A stretch of DNA of 41,924 bases from Octopus sinensis (lineage: Eukaryota). Position 1 is the stretch's first letter. Each line of letters opens with the position of its first letter. Shown piece after piece: positions 11,390 through 24,213 of this stretch. Where the stretch lies: assembly GCF_006345805.1 (NCBI RefSeq), contig NW_021836859.1, forward strand, positions 1-41,924. The letters run 5' to 3'. The translations under genes were made by a program, and so were the position numbers. The notes under the pieces are model-generated. The model worked only from the letters and a program-made list of their open reading frames with translations, did no database searches and was not told the origin of the DNA.

Positions 11390-11537
11390 AAATTTTCCCC
11401 AAGACACCTGTTGAAGGCTGGAGGGTATATCAGTCGAAACGTTGTGTTAACAACAAACAAGATGAGGACAAATATCCGTCAAATATAAATAATGTAAATA
11501 ATGTACATAATCCCTCGTCTCTTAAATATAGAACTGA
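11390..11537 (+). mobile_element. Penelope-like terminal repeat fragment with mutated hammerhead core (CTGTTGA)
   Basis: gacac-CTGTTGA-aggctggagggtatatcagtc-GAAACGTT-gtgtt at 11403-11448. Confidence 0.6.
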
Positions 11538-11924
11538 AAAGAATGCGTATTCCTATTTTTAATTCCTACTTTAATTCCTACTTTAGTATGAAGCTTATTC
11601 CCCACCCCCTATCGTTGATGAAATATTATTTGTATTAATCGTGCGAAATGTTCTTACATTTTCCTTACTATTTTCATATTGTACAATAGAGTATTTCTTG
11701 TTTTCTTTTGGAATAGGATTAAATATTTTTATTCAATGTAAATATTTAAAGTAAATATTTTTAGTAATGTAAATATTGTTCAATCTAAATCGGTGTCGTT
11801 CAAGTGTAATCCATGTTTATATCGCAGAAATTAACAGATGTACAAGACTCCACACACTTTCAACATATATATGAAATGGAGCTTTTTTATGATTGTTATA
11901 TAACACAAACCAGATATAAATATT

Positions 11925-12322
11925 CTTTTCTACTGGAGGCACAAGGTCTGAAATTTTGGGGAAGGAAGCCAGTCGATTAGCTCGACACTAGTACGCAAAT
12001 GGTACTTAATTTATCAACCCCGAAAGGATGAATGGCAAAGTAGACGTTGGTGGAATTTGAACTCAGAACGTAAAGATAGACGAAATACCCATTTCTTTAT
12101 TACCCACAAGAGGCTAAACATAGAGGGGACAAACAAGGACAGACAAAGGGACTAAGTTGATTACATCGACACCAGTACGTAACTGGTACTTAATTTATCG
12201 ACCCCAAAAGGATGAAAGGCAAAGTCAACCTCGGCGGAATTTGAACTCAGAACGTAACAGCAGACGAAATACGGCTACACATTTCGCCCGGCGTGCTAAC
12301 GTTTCTGCCAGCCCGCCGCCTT
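11925..12322 (-). mobile_element. Dimeric SINE family A
   Basis: Head at 12322, body plus tail 1, junction aaagaaatgg|gtatttcgtct, then a second body plus tail 2. Confidence 0.85.
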
Positions 12323-12656
12323 AAATATTCTTTTCTACTCTAGGCACAAGGCCCGAAATTTTGGGGGAGGTGGCCAGTCAATTAGATCGACCCCAGTACG
12401 AAAATGATACTTACGAGTTCAACCCAAGGTCACCCTTGTTTAAATCGTTCTATTTATTATCAAAGGCATTCCAAACCGCCTTCTTCACAAAAGTCGGTAA
12501 GGTGCAATGTGAAGGAGAATTGGTTGCTATTTGTAGCAGGTTGTGCGACCAAGTAAAGACTCCCTTATCAGCTTCCTCATGCTGATCCCTACATATACAT
12601 ACATAAACATACATACACACGCGTACACACACACACACCACACACACATATATATA

Positions 12657-12687
<31 letters not shown>

Positions 12688-13135
12688 TTGCATGTATGCA
12701 CAGCTTCGTGTTGAAGCGTAAACTCTGATAAACTTGGATGTGAAGCTTTACCGGTAATAGTTTTTTTTTTGCAATTTCATTTCAGATAAAGATCAACCAA
12801 CACCCCTCCACATCAACCTCACCGTTCCTCATCAGTCTCCACCCTTCATCATCCCATACACTCACACACACACACAGCCTTATGCACACTCGCACACCTA
12901 TCATGTCATACGATGAGTATGTTTGTATGGCTGTCTCGATGGCTGTAATGCGTAAACTCATGTACGACCGGGAAACGATGTTCGACGCTTCTTATCTTGA
13001 TTAAAAAAGTCAACTCTGATAACCAAAATTAGATCAGAAACATTATGTTTGATGGAATTATCTAGAAAGTAATATATCTGCAGATACTGCAGACTTACAT
13101 TTTTCAGTAACTATTATCATTATTTATTAACTATT

Positions 13136-13176
<41 letters not shown>

Positions 13177-13251
13177 TATCATTATCATTATTATTTTATT
13201 ATTATTGTTATTATTAATTTTATTATTGTTGTTGTTGTTGTTGTTCTTCTT

Positions 13252-13282
<31 letters not shown>

Positions 13283-14100
13283 TTATTATTATTATTATTA
13301 TTGTTATTATAATTATTATTATTATTATCATTATTATTATTATTATTATTATTATTACTGTTATTACTTTTCCGGTGGTTGCTTTTTATCTTCGTTATAA
13401 TTAAGTTTCTATTTAAGGGACAGGCAATACTTGTATATACACAGACTTATATACAAGCATGCATACGTGTTCCAGTGCGTTTGCGTGACTATATATATAA
13501 GGGTGGCGAGCGGGTAGAATCGATAGCACAGCGTGCAACATGCTTAGCGGCATTTCGTCCGTCTTTACCTTCCGAGTTCTAATACTGTCGAGGTCGACTT
13601 TGCCTTTCAACCTTTCGGGGTCGATGAAATAAGTACTAGTTGAGCACTGGGGATGATGAAATTATTTGTTTCGTCTGGCTTCAAATTTTCAGTTTACATC
13701 TTAACCAAAGTAAATAGATGACTCATCTATGTACTTTGATCTTAACACGGGGCCCTTAAACGCAGGAGTTGAAGGAGCCAAGCGACGGCCCTGTAAACAT
13801 TTTGTCCAGCCTGCTAACGATTCTGCTGGCCCGATAAACGATACAAAATCATAAACTTCCAAAAGACAAATTATTTTACTGAACGAAGTCAATAGAAATA
13901 AACGACGTATCAATAATACCATATTAATGAGAGACTATAGGTTTCAAATATTGGCACAATGCCAGCAATATCAGGGAAGGAGATAGGTGGATTTACGTCG
14001 ACCTCCACCGAAAGGGAGGCAAGATAAAGTAGAACACGGTGGAATTTGAACTCAGAACTGTAAACTCGAGAGGCTTTCTCATTTCTTTATTGCACACAAG

Positions 14101-14317
14101 GGGCTAAACATAGAGAGGACAAACAGGGACAGACAAAGGGATAAAGTCGATTACATCGACCCCAGTGCGTAACTGGTACTTAATTTATCGACCCTGAAAG
14201 GATGAAAGACAAAGTCGCCCATGGCGGTATTTGAACTCAGAACGTAACGGCAGACGAAATTCCACTAAGCATTTCTCCCGGTGTGCTAACGTTTCTGCCA
14301 GCTCGCCGCCTTTCTAT
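14101..14317 (-). mobile_element. SINE family A insertion with about 15-bp TSD
   Basis: Flanked by ctcgagaggctttct (about 14086-14100) and ctcgtgaggctttct (about 14318-14332). Confidence 0.9.
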
Positions 14318-15264
14318 CTCGTGAGGCTTTCTATTGTTCGACAAAAGTAATTTTTCGGATTTCTGTATCCGTTTTAGAGATTCTTTTCCTCCCAGAGAGA
14401 ATTCCATGCTGTTGACATCATAAGAATTAATAGCTTATCTGCTTCGGGACCCAATGATTTTGAAAAGGAATTATCTCATGCGTGTGTGTGTGTGTGTTTG
14501 GACAGATTTATTTCAGGAATTTCAAGGGAGGAGTTAAGTGGATTACATCGACCCTCGAAGGGGATGCGGGACAAAGTAAACCACGGTGAAATTTGAACTC
14601 AGAACTGTAGACTGAAAAGGCTTTCTACCGTTGGATCAAAGCAATTCTTCGAATTTCTATATCCGTTTTAGAGACTTTATTCCTCCTAGAGAGAATCTAT
14701 GTTGTCGACGTCATAAGAATTTATAGCTTATCTGCTTCGAGGCCCAACGTTTTATAAATAAGAATTATTTCATGCGCACATGTGTGTGTGTGGTGTTTGG
14801 ACAGATTTATTTTAAATATAAAACGCAAAAGACAGCAAGAATAACGGCTTTTACTAGCTCTGAAGGCAGATATTTATTTGTATTATCACCAGAAGAACAG
14901 TGCAACATCTGTCACTTAAACGATTGACTGTTGCTAAAATATAGAGCACTCCTTTAGAAACACGCAAATACGCACAAACGACAAGGCACCAACACGCACA
15001 GTACACACACAGGAGCACGTGCACATTCACATAGCACGTAGCGCGCTTATACATATGGGCGCACATGAAGTCCCATATTCATACGCACGCACACACAGAT
15101 AAAAGTAGCAGCAGCAGCTATGTACACAAGTAAAGTTTTCTTTGGCATGGCTTATGTGTTGGCGGTGATGGGTGCTTCGTCAAATAAACTCATTTGTTAC
15201 GTAAAAGTAGTATGAAAGGTTACATTAAAATATGCTTCAGGTGCACACGTGATTGTGGTGTGCG

Positions 15265-15265
<1 letters not shown>

Positions 15266-15299
<34 letters not shown>

Positions 15300-15356
15300 T
15301 TATATAATATATTATTTTATATATATATATAATATTATATATATGTATATGGATAC

Positions 15357-15427
<71 letters not shown>

Positions 15428-15473
15428 TATACTTATATATATACATATATATATATATGTATATATATATACT

Positions 15474-15505
<32 letters not shown>

Positions 15506-15623
15506 CATAATATATATACATACATATTCTTATATACATATATATACAAGCATATACATGTGGTATATATATATATATATATTATATATATATATATATT
15601 ATATATATATATATAGATATATT

Positions 15624-15706
<83 letters not shown>
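15266..15706 (+). repeat. (AT)n-rich microsatellite
   Basis: Direct inspection. Confidence 0.95.
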
Positions 15707-15707
<1 letters not shown>

Positions 15708-15726
15708 AAATGCATATGTGTGTTGT

Positions 15727-16105
15727 GCGTGGTTCAGTGGTCAAAGTCTCGGCTTGGCTCACAATCGTAAGGGGTGAGTTCGATTTCTGATTACGCGTTG
15801 TCTTCTTGAGCAAGACACTTTTTTTTTCCAATTGCTCCAGTTCACTCAGCTGGCAAAAATGAGTTGTACCCGAGATTCAAATGGCCCAGTCTTCTCCCAT
15901 TCTGTGTCGCACTGAATCGCTCTCAGAAATTACGTTAAGGGTACGCGTGTCTGTGGAGTACTCAACCACTTGGACGTTAATTTCATGAGCAGGCTGTTCC
16001 GTTGACTGGATCTTGCTCAAGGACGCAATGCGCGGCGCGGCCGGGAATCGATATCACGACCATAGGATCGTGAACCGAACACCCCTAAACACTAAACCAC
16101 TTGCC
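15727..16105 (+). mobile_element. SINE family C (+) followed by the head portion of an inverted copy
   Basis: gagcaagacactt...gctccagttcactcagctggcaaaaatgagttgtacc central domain and the family C tail; a minus-strand head follows at about 16011-16105. Confidence 0.8.
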
Positions 16106-16135
16106 TTCATATTACGCACGCGCTAGCATATAACA

Positions 16136-16575
16136 GCAATAATGAAACGGTACATGCGGCGAGCTGGCAGAGTGGTTAGCACGCCGGTCGAAATGCTTAG
16201 CTGTATTTCGTCTGCCGTTACGTTCTGAGTTCAAATTCCGCCGAGGTCGGCTTTGCCTTTCATCCTTTCGGGGTCGATAAATTAAGTACCATTTACGCAC
16301 TGGGGTCGATGTTTTCGACTTAATACCTATGTCTGTCCTTGTTTGTCCCCTCTGTGTTTAGCCCCTTGTGGGTAGTAAAGAAATAGGTATTTCTTCTGCC
16401 GTTACGTTCTGAGTTCAAATTCCGCCGAGGTCGGCGTTGCCTTTCATCCTTTCGGGGTCGATAAATTAAGTACCATTTACGCACTGGGGTGGATATAATC
16501 GACTTAATACCTATGTCTGTCCTTGTTTGTCCCCCCTCTGTGTTTAGCCCCTTGTGGGTAATAAAGAAATAGGTA
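16136..16575 (+). mobile_element. SINE family A with tandem body-plus-tail duplication
   Basis: Head, body, tail, aaagaaatagg|tatttcttctgccg, body, tail. Confidence 0.9.
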
Positions 16576-16849
16576 CATGTGTTGCTTCTATATGCATACT
16601 GGATACATTTATCCGCGGATGGCTGTATGGATGCTTGAAATAAATGGCTATACGTGCGTGCGCACATGTGTTTATAACTGTAAGCATGCGTGTAAGAATG
16701 AGTATGAGTGTTGAGGGAGGGCAAAAATGGAGTGATATTATTTTTAACACTGCACTATCTTTTGATGGGTTTTAAAGATGTAGGCAGACAACATTAAAAC
16801 TTCCCTAGTCTCCAGAGACAGTCTAGCGGGATTACAATTCTCCACATTG

Positions 16850-16914
16850 TATATATATATGTACACATGCATATATATATATATATACATATATATAAAT
16901 AGATATATATATAC

Positions 16915-16995
<81 letters not shown>

Positions 16996-17018
16996 CCATA
17001 TATATGTATATATATATG

Positions 17019-17069
<51 letters not shown>

Positions 17070-17173
17070 GTATATGTAATATATATAATATATGTATAGA
17101 TATAATAATATATATATCTATATTGTATAATGTATATGTATATATATATATATATATATATAATGTATATGTA

Positions 17174-17204
<31 letters not shown>

Positions 17205-17209
17205 GATAT

Positions 17210-17250
<41 letters not shown>
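16850..17250 (+). repeat. (AT)n-rich microsatellite
   Basis: Direct inspection. Confidence 0.95.
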
Positions 17251-17252
<2 letters not shown>

Positions 17253-17329
17253 CGCACATGCATACATACAGATATGCATATAAACATACATAGATACAAA
17301 CATACTGTTTCTGTGTTGATGAGATTTGA

Positions 17330-17615
17330 GATTTGGAGATAAGCCACAACGACAGTGAAAAATATTTCAGCATGAATAACACCGATAACAGCATTGATAA
17401 CAACATGTAGCAACACTGATAACAACATAGATAAAAATAATAACAATATTGATAATGGCGTTGATAACAATATTGGTGAAGAAGTTGATGATAAGGCCAT
17501 TAATATTGTTGATAAGAGTATTCATGAAAATATTAACAAGAGCAGCCAGAGAGCGCAAACCTCCGCCAAGGTAACACCGACGTCATCTCAACGATTAGCC
17601 AGAGATGAATTTTAA
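17330..17615 (+). pseudogene. Frameshifted coding-like segment with Asp/Asn-rich IDNN repeats
   Basis: [25 protein letters not shown], then a +1 shift, then [29 protein letters not shown]...RLARDEF*. The 12-bp att-gat-aac-aac units vary at codon level. Confidence 0.3.
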
Positions 17616-18009
17616 AATGAGAATGTCTGAAATAAACTCGACTGCTCTCACAAACGAGAATACTGGGTGGTTCGTTCAACATCCTTAAACAACCCTTATT
17701 CAGGGACCTTTTGAGCTGGATGGATTACTCGACCAGAGGAAAATCCTTGCTGGGCCCCGCCTGCAAGGTCATGCGCTTTTTATCTTGATATGAGACCGCC
17801 ATGTCGCGCACATATGATTGTGATGCATGTGCCTGGTGTACCCTTATCAGACGGGTAGTCATGATGGGTATACTGAGCTTTGTATATTTTACCCCAGTGT
17901 CACTTTGATGGCATGCATTGCTCTCTCACTCAATAATAATAATAATAATAATAATCATAATAATAATAATGATAATAATAATAACAATAATAACAACAAC
18001 AATAATAAA

Positions 18010-18222
18010 CCTTTCTACAATAGGCACAAGGCCTGACATTTAGGGGACGGAGATAGTCGATCACATCGACCCAGTGTTTCACTGGTACTTAATCTATCGA
18101 CTCCCGAAAGGATGAAAAGCAAAATCCATCTCGGCGGACTTTGAACTCAGAACGTAAAGACAGACTAAATACTGCTAAGCATTTTGCCCGGCATGCTAAC
18201 GCTTCTGCCAGTTCGTCGCCTT
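18010..18222 (-). mobile_element. SINE family A (tail type 2)
   Basis: Reverse complement of the family A head and central domain. Confidence 0.85.
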
Positions 18223-18223
18223 C

Positions 18224-18278
<55 letters not shown>

Positions 18279-18358
18279 GTAATAATAATAATAATTATAA
18301 TAATCCTTTCTACTAACATAACAATAGTAATAATAATAATAATAATAATCATAATAAA

Positions 18359-18390
<32 letters not shown>

Positions 18391-18453
18391 GTAATAATAA
18401 TAATAATTATAATAATAATCCTTTCTACTAAAATAACAACAGTAATAATAATA

Positions 18454-18520
<67 letters not shown>

Positions 18521-18545
18521 CAATAATAACAGCAACAACAATAAT
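18224..18545 (+). repeat. (AAT)n microsatellite with an internal duplication (aatcctttctactaa twice)
   Basis: Direct inspection. Confidence 0.9.
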
Positions 18546-18935
18546 AAACACCTAGTAAAGGTCATCTTTATAAATCTGAGCTTTATAAGGTCACGAGAAG
18601 AAACAACCAAAGTAACTTGCAAATCTTCAAAATTTATAACACATGGTGATGTGTTTTATGTTTAATATCTGACAGATGTAATCAATCTCTCTACCTCTGT
18701 AACCGCTCTGTCTTCTGTCCTGTCTGTCTCTCTTTCTCTTACACACTTGCACACATATACATGTTATATGCATGTAGATATTATATATAATATATATATT
18801 ATATATATATATAATATATCTACACACACACAACCAGATATATCTATATATAATATTAATATATATATATAAATAGGGCGGTTGTTATGTGTGGTGTTTG
18901 TGTGTGCTCGTATGAGTTTCTGCTTGTGTTTATGC

Positions 18936-18974
<39 letters not shown>

Positions 18975-19861
18975 TGTGTATGTTTATTTTATAAATATAC
19001 ATGCAGAAAACAAATGTTTGAAAAATATAGGGAACAAAAATTATTCACACACACACACACACACACACACGCATGCACACACGCACATGCAGACACACAC
19101 ACACACACCTGCCCCCTCTCACATAAACACAAATCCTTGAATTAAAGATCAAACGAACCAAACATTTCAAAGAGGACTCAATACGTATTAAATATAAATA
19201 AAGCAAATAATTGTTCTTTACATATTTAATGTTTTAGCAGAAAAAACAGGCTTTTGCTAATTCAAAAGTTCTTCGGAAACTCTCTCTTTCTCTCTCACTT
19301 CTTCTCCCTCTCTCTCTCGCACATACACACACACACACACACATATACCAACATATAATGCAAATATAGCTGCATCGTCAGAAGTTTTTCAATTATATTT
19401 TAAATAAAGTTTTAAGGATTTGGGCTTTAGTTAATGTACTTGGAGACTTGAAAATGTCGTATTCTCTTACTCATATATCAGTTCAGTAAACAGTAAATGT
19501 ATACATGCATACATATATACGTACATACAATAGACGCTAATATCTTTTCAACTAGGTAGTTGAAAAGACATTAGCGTCTATTTCTAAATCAGTAAGTGGC
19601 GAAGCACTTAGCTGACCCCTTCTTATAATTATGCATATAATTATAGAATATTTTTTATATACATATATATATAGTTATATACTAATACATATAAATACAA
19701 ATATGAATACATACATACACACACACACTCACACACACACATATATATATATATATTATATATACACATATACATATACATACATGCATGCGTACACACA
19801 CACATATATATATTATATATATACATACAAATACATATATACATATATATACATATAAATG

Positions 19862-19941
<80 letters not shown>

Positions 19942-20977
19942 CACACACCACCAGTATAAATATATACATATATTAATAACTGGTAGGTACACCATATTAC
20001 ATTATGCAACCCTGATATAGTACGACGTATATTAAAGGGTCATAATTCAATACTGTGTCCCACCAGTGTTATCAGTGCGATTAAGTCACTTCTTAAAATT
20101 ATTTCTGCAGCATTTTCTATAGAAATTCGAGCCAGCACTGAAAGTTACGACGTTTTCCTATACAAATACGTCTTCGTAAACAATGCAATTGAAGGCAAAA
20201 ACAAAACAAAAACGTATTTGCTCGAAAACCGTAACAAACACTGTTTATCTATATGTGTATGAGATACGTATGTATGCATCCATATATATATATAAGGAAT
20301 CTAATGCGCTTGGCTCAGATTCTCCTTTGGAGCTGGCCAGATCGGAGCAATCTCAAGATTAATCTGCCGAAATTGCGAGGATGATCCGGTTCTTGACTGA
20401 AGCTTGAAGGCTTCGAGTCCGTGGTTTTTGTATCGTCTTCTAAATGTTTTGCGTTCTTGTCCCAGTTTGTATTTTTTTACATACATATATATATATATAT
20501 ACACACACGTATATATCTACACATACGCTCACACAAACGTATGCATGAGTGTGCGTGTATATATATCTATATGTATTTGCAGAGTGTTCTTGTTTGTACG
20601 TATATGTGTGTGTGTATAAGTGCCGTTTGCGTGTGTAGGTGTTTTTGCACCGAGAGTGAATCACCTGGCACCGCATTAGTCATAAAAGAATCTCGGCTGC
20701 AAGAAGAACAAACAAAAGGATATCAGTTGAAGACAGGAGCGAAATAAATATAGAACAACATCTAAACATCTCTGGTGACTGACATTTCGCCGGCCCTACT
20801 CTATCTACATTGGTGGGTGGTTTCTTACACACCCTACCACCACAACTGCTGCCACCGCAAACGCTGTCGTCACCGCCACCACCGCCGTCGACACCAAAGC
20901 CACCCCCGCAACCACCACCACCACCACCACCACCACCACCACCACCACTCTTTCTGTCTTGGTTTTGATTTTTCCTA

Positions 20978-21027
20978 TAATATAATATAATATAATATAA
21001 TATAATATAATATAATATAATATAATA
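20978..21027 (+). repeat. (TATAA)n pentanucleotide repeat
   Basis: Direct inspection. Confidence 0.95.
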
Positions 21028-21059
21028 TCATATAGGTTTTGGGTAGCGACTTTCTTCAC

Positions 21060-21330
21060 TACTTCAGGGAGTGACGACCCTGCCTGATACGAGTACCGGG
21101 TTCAGCTGGATCCGGCTGACAGTACCCGGTATGGGCCCCTATCCAGTGTTACGGAAAGGAGACAACCTTTAAAGAAATCCGGAGTGGAGCCCCGTAGGCG
21201 GTTTAGTGCTCGACTCGACACTCTTCCTGCAGCTCCTGCAACCAGGCTGGTGCCAAACGTAATGCTCTGCATTCCATTGGACTAACGTCAGCAAGGTCGA
21301 GAGAGGAATCCTGACGATTGGGCTACCAAT
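21060..21330 (-). mobile_element. Probable RTE-type LINE 5' region fragment
   Basis: Minus strand gcattacgtttggcaccagcctggttgcaggagctgc...cactaaaccgcc...ctccactccggattt resembles RTE leader sequences; recalled from memory, not searched. Confidence 0.35.
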
Positions 21331-22047
21331 ATATATATATATATATAATTAATTAAGGGTAGAAATTGATATTTATCAATTAAGTCCAGTGGTCTAGCAT
21401 ATTAAAATGCTTATTGCTATGGTTTTGTGCTGAGTTTGATCTGAGAACATAATCTTTTGTGGAGAATGGCGATTTGACTGTCTAGCCTGTTGACTGTCCA
21501 CTTTTCGTGTTCAGTCCTTAATATGATATATATATATATGATATATATACATATATATATATATATGATAATATATATATCGATCTACAATACACAATTC
21601 ACATTCATCAAACACACTATTGGTCGGCCCAGGGTTATAGTAGAAGATACCTTGCTGAAGGTGTCGCGCAATGGGACTGATCCTGAAACCGCATGGTTGC
21701 AAAGCCAACTATTTAAACAGAGACAGGCCTGTGCCAAAACTGAGAAGAAAAAAAAAAAGAACGAGTTAGTTGTGAATTAATAAGACCAGTTTATTCTTTT
21801 CTACTCTCGGCACAAGGCCCGAAATTTTGGGGGAGGGGGCTAGTCGGTTAGATCGACCCCAGTACGCAACTGGTACTTAATTTATCGACCCTGTAAGGAT
21901 GAAAGGCAAAGTCGACCTTGGCGGAATTTGAACTCAGAACGTAGAGAGTCGGAATAAAGCTTATGCGAAGACAGGGTAGTTGAAATAAATTCACCGTGGC
22001 CATCTCATCATTTAGTCTCTGATTATTTTATCCAATGACTTGTGGAG

Positions 22048-22370
22048 TTGCGTGGCTTAGTGGTTAAGATTATTTGGCTTGCGAAAATAACGATAGTGAG
22101 TTCGATTCTCGGCGGCCCTTTGCATTCTTCAGCAAGACACTTTATTACCCGTTGTTCCAGTCCACTGAGCAGGTGAAAAAGAGTTGTACCTGTATCTCAA
22201 AGGGTCAGTTTTGTCACATTCTGTGTTACACTGAATCTCCCCGAGAACTACGTTAAGTGTACGTGTGTCTGTGGAGTGCTCAGCCACTTAGACGTTAATT
22301 TTACGAACAGACCATCCTGTTGATAGAACCAACTGGAAAACTCATCGTCGTAACCGACGGAATGCCAGCT
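22048..22370 (+). mobile_element. SINE family C
   Basis: gcgtggcttagtggttaag head, cagcaagacactttatt central domain, shared tail. Confidence 0.85.
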
Positions 22371-22587
22371 ATCCACTTTTTCAAAGACAGTAGTATATGG
22401 TATGATGCAGTTTGACTGCTACTTCTTGCAGGTCAAGCAACCACATAGATTCTCCTTCGTTAGCTTATACGTGATAATGTTCACTGGGTATCCGAAAACA
22501 TTTATTATTAAAAACACCAAAAAATCCTATGTTTGCTTAATGTTACGCTGAAAATAACACGGAATAGCTAGATTGTTAAGTCTGACA

Positions 22588-22669
22588 ATGTTTCCAAAGT
22601 CCTCGTTGTGGTTGTTATAATCATAACTATTCGCTCGTTGCATCCTCCGGCCTTCTTCAGGTGCCTGCC
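22588..22669 (+). CDS. Candidate signal-peptide exon of the AChBP-like gene (needs one extra base or an upstream exon)
   Basis: Hydrophobic frame SKVLVVVVIIITIRSLHPPAFFR(CLP) with two phase-2 donors (AG|gtgcct at 22661, CC|gtatgc at 22670) matching the next exon. The ATG at 22588 is one base out of frame (atgtttcc versus atgttttcc). Confidence 0.4.
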
Positions 22670-22902
22670 GTATGCGATAACATTTTCTAAATTTTAAACC
22701 AAACTTTCTATTAAATCCACGCGGCTAGATTATTCTCATTCCGTTATCAAATGCTGCCGTGGTTAACTTTGCCTTTCATCCCCTCTCGGGGTCGATAAAA
22801 TAAGTACCAGTTGAAAACTAAGGTCGATGTAATCGACTTATCCTCTCAACCGAAATTGCTGGCCTTGTGCCAAAATTTGAAATCAGTATTAATTGTCTCT
22901 TT

Positions 22903-23119
22903 AAGGCGGCGAGCATGCAGAATCGTTTGCACGCCGGGCAAAATACTCGACGGCATTTTGCCCGTCTTTACATTGTGAGTTCAAATTCCGCGGAGGTCAT
23001 CTTTGTTTTTCGTTCCTTTCAGGGTCACTAAAATAAGTAGCAGTTGAGCGTTGGGATCGATGTAATCGATTTAATTCCTCCTCTGAAATTGCTGGCATTG
23101 TGCCAAACTTTTAAGCTAA
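22903..23119 (+). mobile_element. SINE family A inserted in the polypyrimidine tract, 16-bp TSD
   Basis: tattaattgtctcttt (22887-22902) and tattcattgtctcttt (23120-23135). Confidence 0.85.
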
Positions 23120-23143
23120 TATTCATTGTCTCTTTGATCGCAG

Positions 23144-23357
23144 GTTGACAGCAAACCTCTCCGATGGTCGTCAAAACCGAGCCTACGAGGAGATTACCCA
23201 AACCCTGGGAGCCTTATTTCGAGATTACGACAAAAATGTTGCCCCGCAAATGCACTACTTGCAGCCGGTCATGGTCTCATTGAAAGTAACCGTGGATCAC
23301 GTTTATTCCTTTGATCCGGCTGAGCAATCATTACATTCTTTGTTAACATTGGAAACG
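23144..23357 (+). CDS. Cys-loop ligand-binding-domain (AChBP-like) exon
   Basis: gatcgcag| ... |gtaagt. LFRDYDKNVAPQMHYLQPVMVSLKVTVDHVYSFDPAEQSLHSLLTLET matches the Y-D-K-x-V-x-P, beta1 and D-x-x-x-Q pattern of nAChR/AChBP. Confidence 0.9.
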
Positions 23358-24074
23358 GTAAGTCTCTAAGATGGTTCAGCTTTTGTTTCTCTGTTGTTTA
23401 ATTACAAGATACTCTGTTTTGGTTTTTGTTTTCTACTGAGGTAAAATCCACCCAGCCAACCATTTTCTCCATCTGCTATTCTGTGGGTAGAGTTCTTTGG
23501 CATCTCCACCATAGCGCCCTATCAGAAACAACCATCATTAAAATTATTCAATTGTGTTCTGAAGGCACCGTGGTCTAGTGGTTAGGATGTTGCATTCACA
23601 TTCGCCAGATCGCAGGTTCGATTTGCACACCGGACAGCATGTACTATTCTTCAGCAAAAACACTTTATTTCAGGTTGCTCATGTGTTGCCTGTGGATGGG
23701 CACGTCAAAAGAATAGACCCAAAGTTTCCTCTATGTGTCAGTAGAGTGGCATTTTATCTAGGGGAGTTTTAAAGCAATAAACGATTATGATATGAACTAT
23801 CTAATGGTGAGAACTACAGAGGTTTGCTGGCACTTATTCTATCGGTCTCTTTTGCTGAAATGCTAAGTTACGGGGACGTAATCTGTTTCATCTATAAGAT
23901 GCAAGGCGCTCATTGTTAGTGCTTCGTGTTTGAAGCTCCGATGAAGCTATAAGGTGATACTTAAGCACGCAAGATATAATATATATATATATCTTATATA
24001 TCATATATATATTATACATATTTTATATATATAATATAATATATTTGATATATATATATACACACATATATATA

Positions 24075-24106
<32 letters not shown>

Positions 24107-24175
24107 TTGGGTCGCCATGCTTGACCGCTAAATCCACATGATTTTTAAAAGATTCTCTGTTTATTTACTCTTATT

Positions 24176-24213
24176 CCTTTCTGTTGAAGAGCGTAGGCTG
24201 GAAACTTAAAAGA
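24176..24213 (+). ncRNA. Degenerate minimal hammerhead-like motif
   Basis: ccttt-CTGTTGA-a-gagc(gtag)gctg-GAAA-ctta-aaaga; core and stem mismatches. Confidence 0.3.

Noticed and set aside
12400-12585. Possible exon (FNPRSPLFKSF...TKV, donor gtaagg)
   Set aside because: No recognisable homology, poor acceptor, and it starts inside a SINE tail.
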